Below are positions 8,458 to 18,350 of a DNA stretch of 64,000 nt, one piece after another (the first letter of the stretch is position 1; every line of letters begins with the position of its first letter). The stretch comes from an uncultured bacterium (GTDB taxonomy: Bacteria > Planctomycetota > SZUA-567 > JAKLDR01). Location: assembly GCA_937935355.1 (NCBI GenBank), contig CALGYR010000109.1, forward strand, positions 403-64,402, in the 5' to 3' direction. The position numbers and the translations under genes were made by a program. The notes under the pieces are model-generated. The model searched no databases. It was not told the origin of the DNA and saw only the letters and a list, made by a program, of their open reading frames with translations.

Positions 8458-9431
8458 CAGACAACCCCGCCCCCCGCCCGCGCCGCCCGATTGTGGCTCA
8501 TCTCCCTCAGGATCCGGATGCGCTCGTCGATGGGCGGGTGGGTGCTGAAGAGCCCGGCGGCGCGCTTCTCGAAGCTCTTGAAGGGGTTGACGATGTAGAG
8601 GTGGGCGGTGGCCCGGTTGGCGGCCTCCAGGACCTCCTGGTCGCCGGAGATCTTCTCGAGCGCCCGGGCCAGTCCCTCGGGGTTGCGGGTGAGCTCGACC
8701 GCCGTGGAGTCCGCCAGATACTCCCGCCGGCGGCTCACCGCCATCTGCAGGAGCTTGGCGAAGAGCGGCGCGAGGATGGCCAGCAGCAGCGCCACGATCA
8801 GGATGACCGCCTGGGCGCCCCCGCCGCCCCGCTCCCGGCTCGACGAGCTCCGCCGGCCCATCCGCCCGTAGAAGGCCATCCGCCGGAAGGCGTCGCACAT
8901 CAGCGCGATCGAGCCGACCATCACCCCCACGAGCGTCGCGTAGAGGATGTCGTGGTTGCGGACGTGGCCCATCTCGTGGGCCATCACGCCCTGGAGCTCG
9001 TCGCGGTCGAGCTTCTGAAGCAGCCCGGTGGTGATGGCCACCGCCGCGTGCTGCGGGTCGCGCCCGGTGGCGAAGGCGTTGGGCGCGGTGTCCTCGATGA
9101 TGTAGATCGCGGGCAGCGGCGAGCCCGAGGCGATGGCCATCTCCTCGACCACGTTGAAAAGCTGCGGGTGGTCGCGCTTCTCGATGCGCCGGGCGGAGCT
9201 CGCCGAGAGCATGATCGAGCCGCCGCCGTAGTAGCTCACGAGCCCTATGACCAGGGCGAGCGCCGCCGAGAAGGCCAGGCCCACGGCCGCCCCGGCCGGG
9301 TCGGCCCGGACCGAGAGGCCGAAGACCGTCCCAGTGGCGACCAGCAGCAGGCCGACCATGGCGATGAGCAGCCAGCTCCGGCGGCGGTTGCGCCGGATCT
9401 CGTCCCAGAGGTAGGCGGGCTGTGCCGGCAT
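8457..9431 (-). CDS. htpX: HtpX-like M48 zinc metalloprotease.
   Basis: HEMGH zinc motif, multiple TM helices and the ...EYLAD motif. Confidence 0.9.
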   Translation of the reverse strand: MPAQPAYLWDEIRRNRRRSWLLIAMVGLLLVATGTVFGLSVRADPAGAAVGLAFSAALALVIGLVSYYGGGSIMLSASSARRIEKRDHPQLFNVVEEMAIASGSPLPAIYIIEDTAPNAFATGRDPQHAAVAITTGLLQKLDRDELQGVMAHEMGHVRNHDILYATLVGVMVGSIALMCDAFRRMAFYGRMGRRSSSSRERGGGGAQAVILIVALLLAILAPLFAKLLQMAVSRRREYLADSTAVELTRNPEGLARALEKISGDQEVLEAANRATAHLYIVNPFKSFEKRAAGLFSTHPPIDERIRILREMSHNRAARAGGGVV

Positions 9432-9443
9432 GGTTGGCCCTGT

Positions 9444-9492
9444 CAGACTGGTCTGACCCGTCCGACTCGTCCGACTCGTCGGACCGGCCTGC
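9444..9492. repeat. Short tandem and palindromic repeats (GTCAGACTGGTCTGAC, then (CCGACTCGT)x2, then CGGACCGG).
   Basis: Sits between htpX and lemA. Same GTCGGACC family as the repeats at 48535 and 54070. Confidence 0.6.
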
Positions 9493-10064
9493 TAGAACTG
9501 CACCTTCGGCGCGACGCGCTCGGCGGCGTTCTCGACCTGGAAGAACTCCTCGGCCTTGAATCCGAACATCCCGGCGACGATGTTGGACGGGATGGTCTGG
9601 ATCCTGGTGTTGTAGCGCATGGTCGAGTCGTTGTAGAACTGCCGCGCGAAGGAGACCTTGTTCTCGGTGGAGGCCAGCTCCTCCTGGAGGGCCAGGAAGT
9701 TCTGGTTGGCCTTGAGCTCCGGGTAGGCCTCGGCCACCGCGAAGAGGCTCTTCAGGGTCTGGCTCAGGAAGTTCTCGGCCTTGGCCGCCTCGGCCGCGCC
9801 GGCCGCGCCCATGCAGGCCGCGCGCGCCTTGGTGACGTTCTCGAAGACCTCCCGCTCGTGCTTGGCGTAGCCCTTGACCGTCTCGACCAGGTTCGGGATC
9901 AGGTCGTAGCGGCGCTTGAGCTGGACGTCGATCTGACTCCAGGCGTTCTTGACCTGGTTGCGCATGGACACCAGGCCGTTGTAGATGGCCACGAAGGCCA
10001 GCACCGCGACCAGGAGCAGGCCGCCCACCACCAGGACGCCGACGAGTAATGCGGTCATCTCCAT
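9492..10064 (-). CDS. lemA: LemA family protein.
   Basis: Start MEMTALL with an AGGAGG RBS. LemA motifs present. Adjacent to htpX, the classic lemA-htpX pairing. Confidence 0.9.
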   Translation of the reverse strand: MEMTALLVGVLVVGGLLLVAVLAFVAIYNGLVSMRNQVKNAWSQIDVQLKRRYDLIPNLVETVKGYAKHEREVFENVTKARAACMGAAGAAEAAKAENFLSQTLKSLFAVAEAYPELKANQNFLALQEELASTENKVSFARQFYNDSTMRYNTRIQTIPSNIVAGMFGFKAEEFFQVENAAERVAPKVQF

Positions 10065-10319
10065 TCCTCCTGTACGGGGTTTCCGCCGGGGGGGTGAGCT
10101 CATCCGGCGCCCGCCCCGCCTCCGATGGAAGGTTAGTCCCGGACAGGACGCTTGGCAATTACAATTCCCCGGGGGACAAGTAGGCTGGCGAACGCAAGGC
10201 CCGCCGAACGCAGCCTTTGCGGTGGACAAGACCACTTGCGTGGTGTAATCCTATGCGGGTGCGGCGCAACCGGCCGCGGGACGACATTCTTCTCAGCGAG
10301 ACGAAAGGCGGGAGAGAGC

Positions 10320-12260
10320 ATGACCATGCGCACTCTGGCGACCATCCTGGCGGCGGCCTCGGCGATCCTCCTGTGCGGCAGCGGCGGGGAGGCCGCCCGG
10401 GCCGGAGAGGGCCTGTCGGTCTACGGCGCGAACACCACCGAGTACGTCTTCCCGGACGGCTTCAAGCCGGCCGGCAAGTCGGGCGAGGCGGTCCGGATGG
10501 TGGCGGTGCGCAGCGGCATCCACGCCGCCCAATTGGTGGTCTGCTCCGGCGCGCCGATCAAGGGGCTCAAGGCGGTTCCCGGCGACCTCAAAGGCCCGGG
10601 GACCATCCCGGCTTCGGCCGTCAAGGTCGCCTACGGCGTCGCCGACGGCGCGCCGCTCAAGCAGGGCGCCTTCTTCGACTCGCTGGAGAGCGATCCGCCC
10701 GCGGAGGTCGCGGCGGGCAAATCCGGCCAGGCGGTGCAGAGCGTCTGGCTCAAGCTCTACGTCCCGGCCGACGCCAAGCCCGGCGAATACTCCGGCAAGG
10801 TGAAGGTCAGCGCTGAGGGCGGCTCGGCCGAGGTGCCGCTCGAGGTCAAGGTCTTCGACTGGGTCATGCCCGACCCGAAGACATGGTCCGCGCACTTCGA
10901 CGCCATCCAGTCGCCGGAGTCGGTGGCCATGGCCTACGACGTCGAGCCCTGGAGCGACAAGCACCTGGCGCTCCTCGACAAGACCTTCGCGATCCTCGGG
11001 GAGATGGGCCAGAAGACGCTCTACGTCACCGTGGTGCGCCGCACCCACTTCGGCAACGAGAACGCCGTGGTCCGCTGGACCAAGGACGACAAGGGCGAGC
11101 TCCAGCCCGACTTCACCAATGCGGAGAAGTACCTGGACGTGGCCACCAAGCACCTCGGCAAGATCCCCGGGGTGATCTTCTACTGCTGGGAGCCGGTCGA
11201 GTCCATGGGCCACGCCGGCGGCGCCGGCACCGCCGGGCGGACCACCGACCGGGTCATGCAGTACACCCTGTGGGACCCCAAGACCGGAGAGCAGAAGAAG
11301 CGCACCGGCCCGGCCTGGGGCTCGCCCGAGTCCAAGGAGCTCTGGAAGCGCTTCAACGAGGGACTGAAGCCCGTGCTCGAGAAGCGCGGCCTGACCGACA
11401 GCAAGCTCTTCGGGCTCATCGGCGACTGCCGGCCCACCAAGCTGACCATGGACGACATCTGCACCGGCGCGGAAAATCCGCGCTGGGCGGTCCACTCGCA
11501 CTTCTACTGCCCGGAGTGGCAGGGCCACAAGATCGGCATGGCCATCGCCCTGTGGGGCATCCACATGAACATCTGCGACCCCAAGCAGGGCCGCGGCTTC
11601 GGCTGGAACACCGACTTCTGGCTGTCCTACTATCCGCGGGAGTTCGCCATGAACTCGCCGCTGATCGAGCACCGCTTCAAAATGGAGATGTGGATGGGGG
11701 CCTTCTCGCTCTTCGAGATGCAGCACCAGGGCCGCAGCCGCTTCGCCTGCGGGCTCGGGCGCCTGGGCGGCGACTTCTGGAAGGTGGTCAAGGACAGTCG
11801 CGGCCGGCCCCGCGCCACCCTGGCCGGCTACTATCCGGAGTCCTACTGGGGCCAGCTCAACCTCAACTACTGCATCTCGAGCATCCTCGGCCGCGGCAAG
11901 GACGGGGCGGTGCCCACGGTCCGCTCGGAGGCCTTCCGGGAGGGCAGCCAGGACGAGGAGGCCCGGATCTTCGTGGAGAAGGCCGTCGAGCTCGAGCAGT
12001 ACCGCGCGAAGCTCGGCGAGGACATGGCCAATAAGCTCCGCGAGCTGCTCGACGAGCGCATCCGCATGGTCAACCGCTGGGGCGGGGCCGGCAAGGACCA
12101 GAAGAGCGGGGCCCTGGCCGACGCCAAGCTGGACCTGCTCGAGAGCAACGGCAAGCTGTACGCCGCCGCCGAGGAGGTCGCCAGGAAGCTCGGCGCCATG
12201 CGCATCGAGGAGAGCTCCGGCGAGCTCCACGACATGCCCAAGAAGGAAAAGAAGAAGTAG
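10320..12260 (+). CDS. Secreted hypothetical protein, 646 aa, possibly glycoside-hydrolase-like.
   Basis: ATG at 10320 after a GGGAGAGAGC RBS. Signal peptide MTMRTLATILAAASAILLC. The upstream ORF extension is spurious. Confidence 0.7.
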   Translation: MTMRTLATILAAASAILLCGSGGEAARAGEGLSVYGANTTEYVFPDGFKPAGKSGEAVRMVAVRSGIHAAQLVVCSGAPIKGLKAVPGDLKGPGTIPASAVKVAYGVADGAPLKQGAFFDSLESDPPAEVAAGKSGQAVQSVWLKLYVPADAKPGEYSGKVKVSAEGGSAEVPLEVKVFDWVMPDPKTWSAHFDAIQSPESVAMAYDVEPWSDKHLALLDKTFAILGEMGQKTLYVTVVRRTHFGNENAVVRWTKDDKGELQPDFTNAEKYLDVATKHLGKIPGVIFYCWEPVESMGHAGGAGTAGRTTDRVMQYTLWDPKTGEQKKRTGPAWGSPESKELWKRFNEGLKPVLEKRGLTDSKLFGLIGDCRPTKLTMDDICTGAENPRWAVHSHFYCPEWQGHKIGMAIALWGIHMNICDPKQGRGFGWNTDFWLSYYPREFAMNSPLIEHRFKMEMWMGAFSLFEMQHQGRSRFACGLGRLGGDFWKVVKDSRGRPRATLAGYYPESYWGQLNLNYCISSILGRGKDGAVPTVRSEAFREGSQDEEARIFVEKAVELEQYRAKLGEDMANKLRELLDERIRMVNRWGGAGKDQKSGALADAKLDLLESNGKLYAAAEEVARKLGAMRIEESSGELHDMPKKEKKK

Positions 12261-12281
12261 CCCGGTCCGGGAGGACATTCC

Positions 12282-14822
12282 ATGTCTTCGTCACGCCCCC
12301 TGTGGGAGCCGGGCCGGGCCGCCGTCCCGGCGCTGCTCCTTGGTCTCCTTCTGGCCTCGGCCCCGGCCTTCGGGCTCGAGGTCAAGCTCGCCGCCGCCGA
12401 TGATTCCGGCACGGCCCGCACCGGCGCGACGGTCTCGAGCGGCGTGCCCTTCGCCAAGGGAGCGGTCACGGACCTCGGCAAGCTCTCGGTGAGCGTCGGC
12501 GGGAAGAAGATCCCGGCGCAGTTCCGCACGCTGGCCAAGTGGGATGACGGCTCGGTGCGCTGGGCGCTCTTGGACTGCCTGGTCGACGCGCCCGCCAACG
12601 GGAAGGCCGAACTGGTCCTGCGGGACGACGGCGCCGGGCCGGCCCCGGCCGCGCCGGTCAAGGCCTCGGTGTCGGACGATGCCGCGGTCGTCTCCACCGG
12701 CCCGATGGAGGTCCGGATCGACCGCAAGACCGGCAACTTCCTGAGCTCCGTGAAGGTCGACGGCCGGGAACTGGTCACCGGCAAGAGCCGGGGGCTGGTG
12801 CTCTGCACCGCCGGCGAGCTCAAGACCGAGACGCCGGTGGACTCCAAGGGCCGCAAGGGCCGGCCCGTCCAGGTCCGCGCGCCCGGCAAGGAGGTCCCGG
12901 CCGGGGCCCCGACCGAGGTCAGGGTGGAGGAGACCGGCCCGGTCAAGACCGTGCTCCTGCTGCGCGGCGCATTCCCGGTCGAGCACAAGGCGCCGGTGAC
13001 CTACACCGTCCGGCTGACCGCCTGGGCGGGCGCGAAGTTCCTCAAGGCCCGGGTCTGGTTCGAGAACAACGGGGCCCACGGCTACACGCCCCAGGAGAAG
13101 ACCGGCTCGACCGCCAGCGAGTGGTTCGCCTTCGACGGCCTGGCCGTGGACCTCGACCTGGACCTGGGCGGCGAGATCGAGGCCTCCTGCGAGGGCGTCT
13201 CGGCCAAGGGCAAGTTCAAGGTCTACCAGTACTGCCGGCCGGCGCCGGACTACACCAAGCCGGCTTACGGCTACGCCAACATGGAGTACGTCATCACCGG
13301 CGGGGCCGAGCCCAGAAAGGGCGCGACCACCGACGGGGTGACCGCGCTCTCGTCCGGCAAGACCCGGACGGTGGTCGCCGTGCGCCACTTCTGGGAGAAC
13401 CACGAGAAGGCCGTCGAGCTCGACGGGCGGACGCTGCGCCTCTGGCTCTGGCCCACCGAGGGCCAGTGGCCGCGGGCCTTCTACGAGCACTCCGCCCCGG
13501 GCTACGCCACGTCCCACGTCGAGCCGCTGCGCCTGCTCGGCGTCTACAACCTGCCCGGCTCGGTGCACAAGGGCCACGAGCTGATCCTCGACTTCTCCGG
13601 CCGGGAGGCCGCGGAGAGCTCCGCGGAGCTATCCCGTCCGCTCTTCGCCCTGGCCGACGCGGCGTACAACTGCTCGACCGAGGCGGCCCCCTTCCTCTTC
13701 GCTCCGGCGGGGATTCGCACCGGCGACGCCGACTGCGACGCGAAGCTCGCCGCCTGGGAGCGCATGGCGCTCAACGCCGTCGACCCCAAGGGGGACGCCG
13801 GCATCCCCGCCGGCCGGCGGACGCACTCGTGCAAGGGCAACGCCTTCAGCGACGGGTACTGGCACGGCTGGATGGACTTCGGGGACATCCCCAATCCGGC
13901 CAGCGCCTACACCAGCCTCGGCTACGGCTGGCTGCAGATCATGTGCATGGACCTGCTGCGCACCGGAAACACCGACTTCCTGCGCCTGGCCGACGAGATG
14001 GACCGCCACCGCGTCGAGGTCGACCAGCAGTGGTCGGACCGCGAGGCGGTCAAGTCCACGCTGGGCTTCCAACGGCCGGGCTACGCCTATCTGCAGTTCC
14101 ACACCCAGATGTTCAGCCGGGGCTTCCCGAGCGTCACCGGCACCGACCTGACCGGGCCGGTCTTCTACTACCTGCTGACCGGCGACGCCAAGACCCGCGA
14201 GGCTATCGAACGCTGCGCGCCGCGCATCGCCCCCGCCTGGGAGGAGATCTTCGCCTCCAAGGACTACGGCGTGCGGCAGACCCCCGGCAACATGGGCGCG
14301 GTCTTCGGGACCATCGACAACTGCTGCTCGCTCTACGTCATGACCGGCGAGAAGCAGTGGCTGGACCAGGCCATGGCCATGTTCAAGCGCTGCGTCCTGG
14401 CCAAGGCCAAGAACTGCGGCCCGCACCTCCACGAGCGCGAGCAGATCCGTTCGCAGGACTACACCGAGGACGACATCAAGTACTGCTACTCGATCGCCAG
14501 GCTCTGCCTGCTGCACCGCCTGACCGGCGAGAAGGAAGTGCTCGACCTGATCCTGGCCGGCTGCGAGAAGCCGTTCCCCGAGAACTTCTACGACGCGCCG
14601 CTATTCCTCGCCGACCTGCACGCCTACGGGGCCCTGGCCGGCGGCAAGTCGGAGTACGCCAAGGACGCCGTAGAGCACTGGATCGAGGCCTCGCCGGAGT
14701 CCGAGTCTCCCCCGGTCTTCCTGCCGGGCAACAGCACCTGGAACCGCGTCAAGGCCATGCACCTGCGCACCGGCCACCTGCTCCAGTACTGCTTCTGGAA
14801 GCAGGGCGCCAAGAAGAAGTAA
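12282..14822 (+). CDS. Secreted 846-aa protein with an N-terminal beta-sandwich region and a C-terminal alpha/alpha-toroid-like region. Putative polysaccharide-active enzyme.
   Basis: Signal peptide. Tandem paralog of the gene at 14857..17382, sharing blocks such as SGVPFAxG, VRWALLDC and YWxGWMDFGDIP. Confidence 0.75.
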   Translation: MSSSRPLWEPGRAAVPALLLGLLLASAPAFGLEVKLAAADDSGTARTGATVSSGVPFAKGAVTDLGKLSVSVGGKKIPAQFRTLAKWDDGSVRWALLDCLVDAPANGKAELVLRDDGAGPAPAAPVKASVSDDAAVVSTGPMEVRIDRKTGNFLSSVKVDGRELVTGKSRGLVLCTAGELKTETPVDSKGRKGRPVQVRAPGKEVPAGAPTEVRVEETGPVKTVLLLRGAFPVEHKAPVTYTVRLTAWAGAKFLKARVWFENNGAHGYTPQEKTGSTASEWFAFDGLAVDLDLDLGGEIEASCEGVSAKGKFKVYQYCRPAPDYTKPAYGYANMEYVITGGAEPRKGATTDGVTALSSGKTRTVVAVRHFWENHEKAVELDGRTLRLWLWPTEGQWPRAFYEHSAPGYATSHVEPLRLLGVYNLPGSVHKGHELILDFSGREAAESSAELSRPLFALADAAYNCSTEAAPFLFAPAGIRTGDADCDAKLAAWERMALNAVDPKGDAGIPAGRRTHSCKGNAFSDGYWHGWMDFGDIPNPASAYTSLGYGWLQIMCMDLLRTGNTDFLRLADEMDRHRVEVDQQWSDREAVKSTLGFQRPGYAYLQFHTQMFSRGFPSVTGTDLTGPVFYYLLTGDAKTREAIERCAPRIAPAWEEIFASKDYGVRQTPGNMGAVFGTIDNCCSLYVMTGEKQWLDQAMAMFKRCVLAKAKNCGPHLHEREQIRSQDYTEDDIKYCYSIARLCLLHRLTGEKEVLDLILAGCEKPFPENFYDAPLFLADLHAYGALAGGKSEYAKDAVEHWIEASPESESPPVFLPGNSTWNRVKAMHLRTGHLLQYCFWKQGAKKK

Positions 14823-14856
14823 CCGGCGTCCGACCGCCGCCTGGGAGGGAATCCGC

Positions 14857-17382
14857 GTGAGAACCGCATTGGGCATTCTGTTGACGCTGACCGCCGCAGG
14901 CGCGCTGCTCCTGCCGGGCCGGGCCGCAGCTCTCGAGGTCAAGCTCACCGTGGCCGACGACGCCAGGGTCGAGCGCAAGGCCGGGACGGTGACCTCCGGC
15001 GTGCCCTTCGCCAGAGGCGAGGTCAAGGACCTCGGCAGGCTCTCGGTCTCGACCGGCGGCAAGGTCGTGCCCGCCCAGTTCACCAAGATCGCCCCCTGGG
15101 ACGACGGCTCGGTGCGCTGGGCGCTCCTCGACTGCCAGGTCGACGCGCCGGCCGGAGGCAAGGTCGAACTGGTCGTGCGCGACGACGGGAAGAACGCCGC
15201 GCCGGCCGCCCCGGTCAAGGTCTCCGATGGCGACGCCGAGGTGAAGATGACCACCGGCGGCCTCGAAGTGGTCGTCGACAGGAAGAAGCCGGGACTCCTG
15301 CGCGTCAAGCTCGACGGCAAGGAACTGGCCGGAGCGGCCGGCCGCGGCATCGTGCTCTACGCCGCGGGCGAGCCCAGGGAGGTCGAAAAGAAGTCCGGCA
15401 ACCGCACGGTCAAGGTCACCGAGTACGGCCCGGGGAAAGAAGTCGTCGCCGCTGCCCCCTCCGAAGTGACCGTCGAGCAGGCCGGGCCGCTCCGCGCGAC
15501 GGTGGCGGTCCGCGGCAGGTTCCCGGACGTCCACGATGGGCTCCTCGGCTACACCGCCCGAATCTCCGTCTTCGCCGGACAGAAGCACGTCAAGGTGCAT
15601 CTCTGGATCGAGAACGGCGGGGCCATGGGCTACTACCACGGCGGCGACAAGAAGTCGCCCCGCACCGCCCGGATGGAGTGGCTGCTCTTCGACGGCCTGG
15701 CCGTCGAACTCGGCCTGGGGCTGGGCGGCGCGCCGGCCGCCTCCTGCGATGGCGCCGAGGCCTCCGGCAAGTTCAAGGTGCTCCAGGCCTGCTACTGGAA
15801 CAAGGACAAGCGCAAGCTGACCTACAACGATTACGAGGTCTTCAGCCTCAAGGACTACGAGTACGCCGTGACCGGCGACGGCAAGGAGCTAAAGAAGGGC
15901 GACCGCACCGACGGGGTGGTCGAGCTCAAGGGCCAGGCCGGCCGACTCACCACGGCGATCCGGGGTTTCTGGGAGAACTACGAGAAGGCCGTCGAGCTCG
16001 ACGGCGACAAGCTCCGCCTGTGGCTCTGGCCCACCGAGGGACAGTGGCCACGGGTCCGCCAGACCCAGTGGGCCGGGCTCTTCGACAAGGAGCTGGAGAC
16101 CTCGCCCAGGCCGGGGCTCTACTACCTGCCCGGCGCGGTCCACAAGGGCCACGAATTCATCCTGGACTTCTCCGGCCGTCCGGCCGCGGAGAGTTTCGCC
16201 GAGCTCTCCCGCCCGCTCTTCGCCCTGGCCGGCGCCGAGTACTACGCCTCGACCGACGCCGTCCCGGGCCTCTTCGCCCCGCAGGGGATCCGCACCGGCG
16301 ACGCGGACTGCGACGCCAAGCTCTCCGCCTGGGAGCGCATGGGCGCCAGCCTGGTCGATCCGGAGAGCTCCACCGGTCTCGTCGCCGCGCGCCGGCAGTC
16401 GAACTGGTCGTCGGTGACCTACTTCGGCGACAGCACCTACTGGTACGGCTGGATGGACTTCGGGGACATTCCCTCGCCGGCCCGGGGCCCGACGAGCCTG
16501 AGCCACGACTGGCTGTGGGTCATGATGCTCGACGCCATGCGCAGCGGCAATGTGGCTTTCATGCGCTTCGGCACGGAGATGGCCCGGCACCAGATCGACG
16601 TGGACCAGCTCTGGTCCGACCGGGACATGCCCGGGGTCCGCGGCCTGCAGCGCGGCGAAACCAACTTCCCGGCCTTCCACTGCTACCGGCTGTCCTCTCC
16701 GCCGGGCGTGCGCAGCAACCATCTGGCCGGCCTGGCGCTCTATCACATGCTCACCGGCGAGCCCAAGGCCCTGGAGGCCTGCCGCCGGAACGCCGAGGGG
16801 CTCAAGGTCGCCTGGGAAAACATCGCCAAGACCAAGCCCTGGGCCGGCCCCCAGGGCGACATGGCCGCCAACGGCTGGGCCATCCACGGCTACGTCGCCA
16901 TGAACGCCCTGACCGGAGACAAGGCCTGGCTGGACGAGGCCCTGGGGCTCTTCCGGGACAACGTGGTCCCGAAGTGGAAGGCGCTCGGGCCCCACCTGCA
17001 CGCCCGCGAGCAGATCAACTCCCAGGACTACACCGAGGACGACATCAAGTACTGCTACTCGATCGCCGCCCTGTGCCTGCTGCATCACGTCACCGGCGAC
17101 AAGCAGGTGCTGGAGCTGATCACCGCCGGCTGCGACAAGCCCTTCCCGGAGAACTTCTTCGACGCGCCGCTCTTCCTGGCCGACCTGCACGCCTACGCCG
17201 CGACGGTCACGGGCAAGGCCGGGTACGCCGCCGACGCCGTCGAGCACTGGATCGAGGCCTCGCCGGAGTCGGAGTGCCCGCCGGTCTTCCTGCCGGAAAG
17301 CAGCACCTGGACGCGGGTGAAGGCCATGCACCTGCGCACCGGCCACATCCTCCAGTATCACTTCTGGAAGAAGAAAAAGTAG
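14857..17382 (+). CDS. Secreted 841-aa paralog of the gene at 12282..14822.
   Basis: Signal peptide. Collinear, with roughly 60% similar blocks. Confidence 0.75.
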   Translation: MRTALGILLTLTAAGALLLPGRAAALEVKLTVADDARVERKAGTVTSGVPFARGEVKDLGRLSVSTGGKVVPAQFTKIAPWDDGSVRWALLDCQVDAPAGGKVELVVRDDGKNAAPAAPVKVSDGDAEVKMTTGGLEVVVDRKKPGLLRVKLDGKELAGAAGRGIVLYAAGEPREVEKKSGNRTVKVTEYGPGKEVVAAAPSEVTVEQAGPLRATVAVRGRFPDVHDGLLGYTARISVFAGQKHVKVHLWIENGGAMGYYHGGDKKSPRTARMEWLLFDGLAVELGLGLGGAPAASCDGAEASGKFKVLQACYWNKDKRKLTYNDYEVFSLKDYEYAVTGDGKELKKGDRTDGVVELKGQAGRLTTAIRGFWENYEKAVELDGDKLRLWLWPTEGQWPRVRQTQWAGLFDKELETSPRPGLYYLPGAVHKGHEFILDFSGRPAAESFAELSRPLFALAGAEYYASTDAVPGLFAPQGIRTGDADCDAKLSAWERMGASLVDPESSTGLVAARRQSNWSSVTYFGDSTYWYGWMDFGDIPSPARGPTSLSHDWLWVMMLDAMRSGNVAFMRFGTEMARHQIDVDQLWSDRDMPGVRGLQRGETNFPAFHCYRLSSPPGVRSNHLAGLALYHMLTGEPKALEACRRNAEGLKVAWENIAKTKPWAGPQGDMAANGWAIHGYVAMNALTGDKAWLDEALGLFRDNVVPKWKALGPHLHAREQINSQDYTEDDIKYCYSIAALCLLHHVTGDKQVLELITAGCDKPFPENFFDAPLFLADLHAYAATVTGKAGYAADAVEHWIEASPESECPPVFLPESSTWTRVKAMHLRTGHILQYHFWKKKK

Positions 17383-17385
17383 GGG

Positions 17386-17412
17386 CGGGTTTCAAACCCG
17401 CCCCTACGTCAT
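17386..17412 (+). terminator. GC-rich hairpin GGGGCGGGTTTCAAACCCGCCCC, a candidate intrinsic terminator with no U-tract.
   Basis: Perfect 11-bp stem 4 nt after the stop codon. A near-identical hairpin occurs at 63738-63762. Confidence 0.5.
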
Positions 17413-17457
17413 GGGCGCCGCGTAGCCTCCGGAAGATCGCGAGTCCCCGGTCGAAGC

Positions 17458-18159
17458 TCAGCCGGCCTTTCTGAAGATCCTCAGGGCCAGGGCGCCCGAG
17501 CGGTAATCGGAGAGTCTCGCGGGCTCGAAGCTCAGGTTGAGCGGATCGTTGACCAGCCAGTCGGAGCCCTCGCGGCCCACCACCAGCACCCAGTGCTGGA
17601 CCCCGCCGTCGAGGAGCACCTTGACGATCGCCGGCCGGCCGGCCTCGAAGGCCCGGCTCATCCGCGCGGCGTCGGGCTCGCCGACGTACTCGAGGGCGGC
17701 CCGCCCGCCGGAGTACTCGACGCACTTGTCCCACTTGAGCCAGCCCCTCGCCGTGTAGCCGCCGTTGCCCTTGAGCCAGGCGTTGAGCCGCCCGGGATCG
17801 GCCTCGATGCCGTAGTGCCGGAAGACCATGGCCACGCACGAGACCGTGCAGCCCACGCAGCGCAGCTGCTCGCCGCTGCCGCCGAGTTCGTCGCCGCCCC
17901 AGGCCGGGTCCCACTGCTTGAACATCGGGACGCCCAGCAGGACGCGCCCGTCGGAGGAGGAGGCTGTGGCGGGAGACGAGGCGGGGCGCTCGGGCGGAAC
18001 GGCAGCCGCCCCCTCGGCGAGCGACGGCGGACGGCTCCGGGAGTCCAGGAGATGCCTGATCCGCAGCCCGGCCGCCAGGATCAGGCCGGCCGCCGCTGCG
18101 CACAGGACGAGAATCGCCGCACGTCGGACACGTTCGCGGGAACCGGCCGAGTCGCCCAT
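17458..18159 (-). CDS. Peptidase C39-like (papain-fold) domain protein, membrane-anchored.
   Basis: Start MGDSAGS at 18159. N-terminal TM helix. C39_2-like block PMFKQWDPAWGGDELGGSGEQLRCVGCTVSCVAMVFRHYG with a candidate catalytic Cys. Confidence 0.55.
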   Translation of the reverse strand: MGDSAGSRERVRRAAILVLCAAAAGLILAAGLRIRHLLDSRSRPPSLAEGAAAVPPERPASSPATASSSDGRVLLGVPMFKQWDPAWGGDELGGSGEQLRCVGCTVSCVAMVFRHYGIEADPGRLNAWLKGNGGYTARGWLKWDKCVEYSGGRAALEYVGEPDAARMSRAFEAGRPAIVKVLLDGGVQHWVLVVGREGSDWLVNDPLNLSFEPARLSDYRSGALALRIFRKAG

Positions 18160-18235
18160 CGCGGATAAAGCCTCCGTCCCCTCCCGCGGGGCATCATAGT
18201 TTTCGGGGAACGGAGCGCAAGCCCGAAAGAGGCCG

Positions 18236-18350
18236 AAACCACCAAGGCACCAAGACACAAAGACGACACCAAGCTCAGACAAAGTTGACGCTTGGTCCGC
18301 CTCTGCGCCTCTGTGCCTTAGTGCCTTAGTGCCTTAGTGCCTTAGTGCCT
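18236..18350. repeat. Inverted pair of tandem repeats: (CACCAAGG / CACAAAGA units), a spacer, then (GCCTTAGT)x4.
   Basis: The arms are imperfect reverse complements (GGCACCAAG versus GGCACTAAG). It ends at the mtaB stop codon. Confidence 0.75.

Noticed and set aside
7705-10158. 817-aa ORF spanning paralog E, htpX and lemA.
   Set aside because: It is a frame-shifted read-through artefact. The true genes are the three separate ORFs, each with proper starts and recognisable motifs.
1027-12278. Many long antisense or off-frame ORFs in the track (for example 1027..2055, 1146..1952, 2884..4557, 8493..10049, 10293..12278, 12291..13577 and 15889..17361).
   Set aside because: High GC suppresses stop codons in all frames. 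These ORFs give Arg/Ala/Gly/Pro-rich low-complexity translations and overlap genes that have clear homology. They are not reported.
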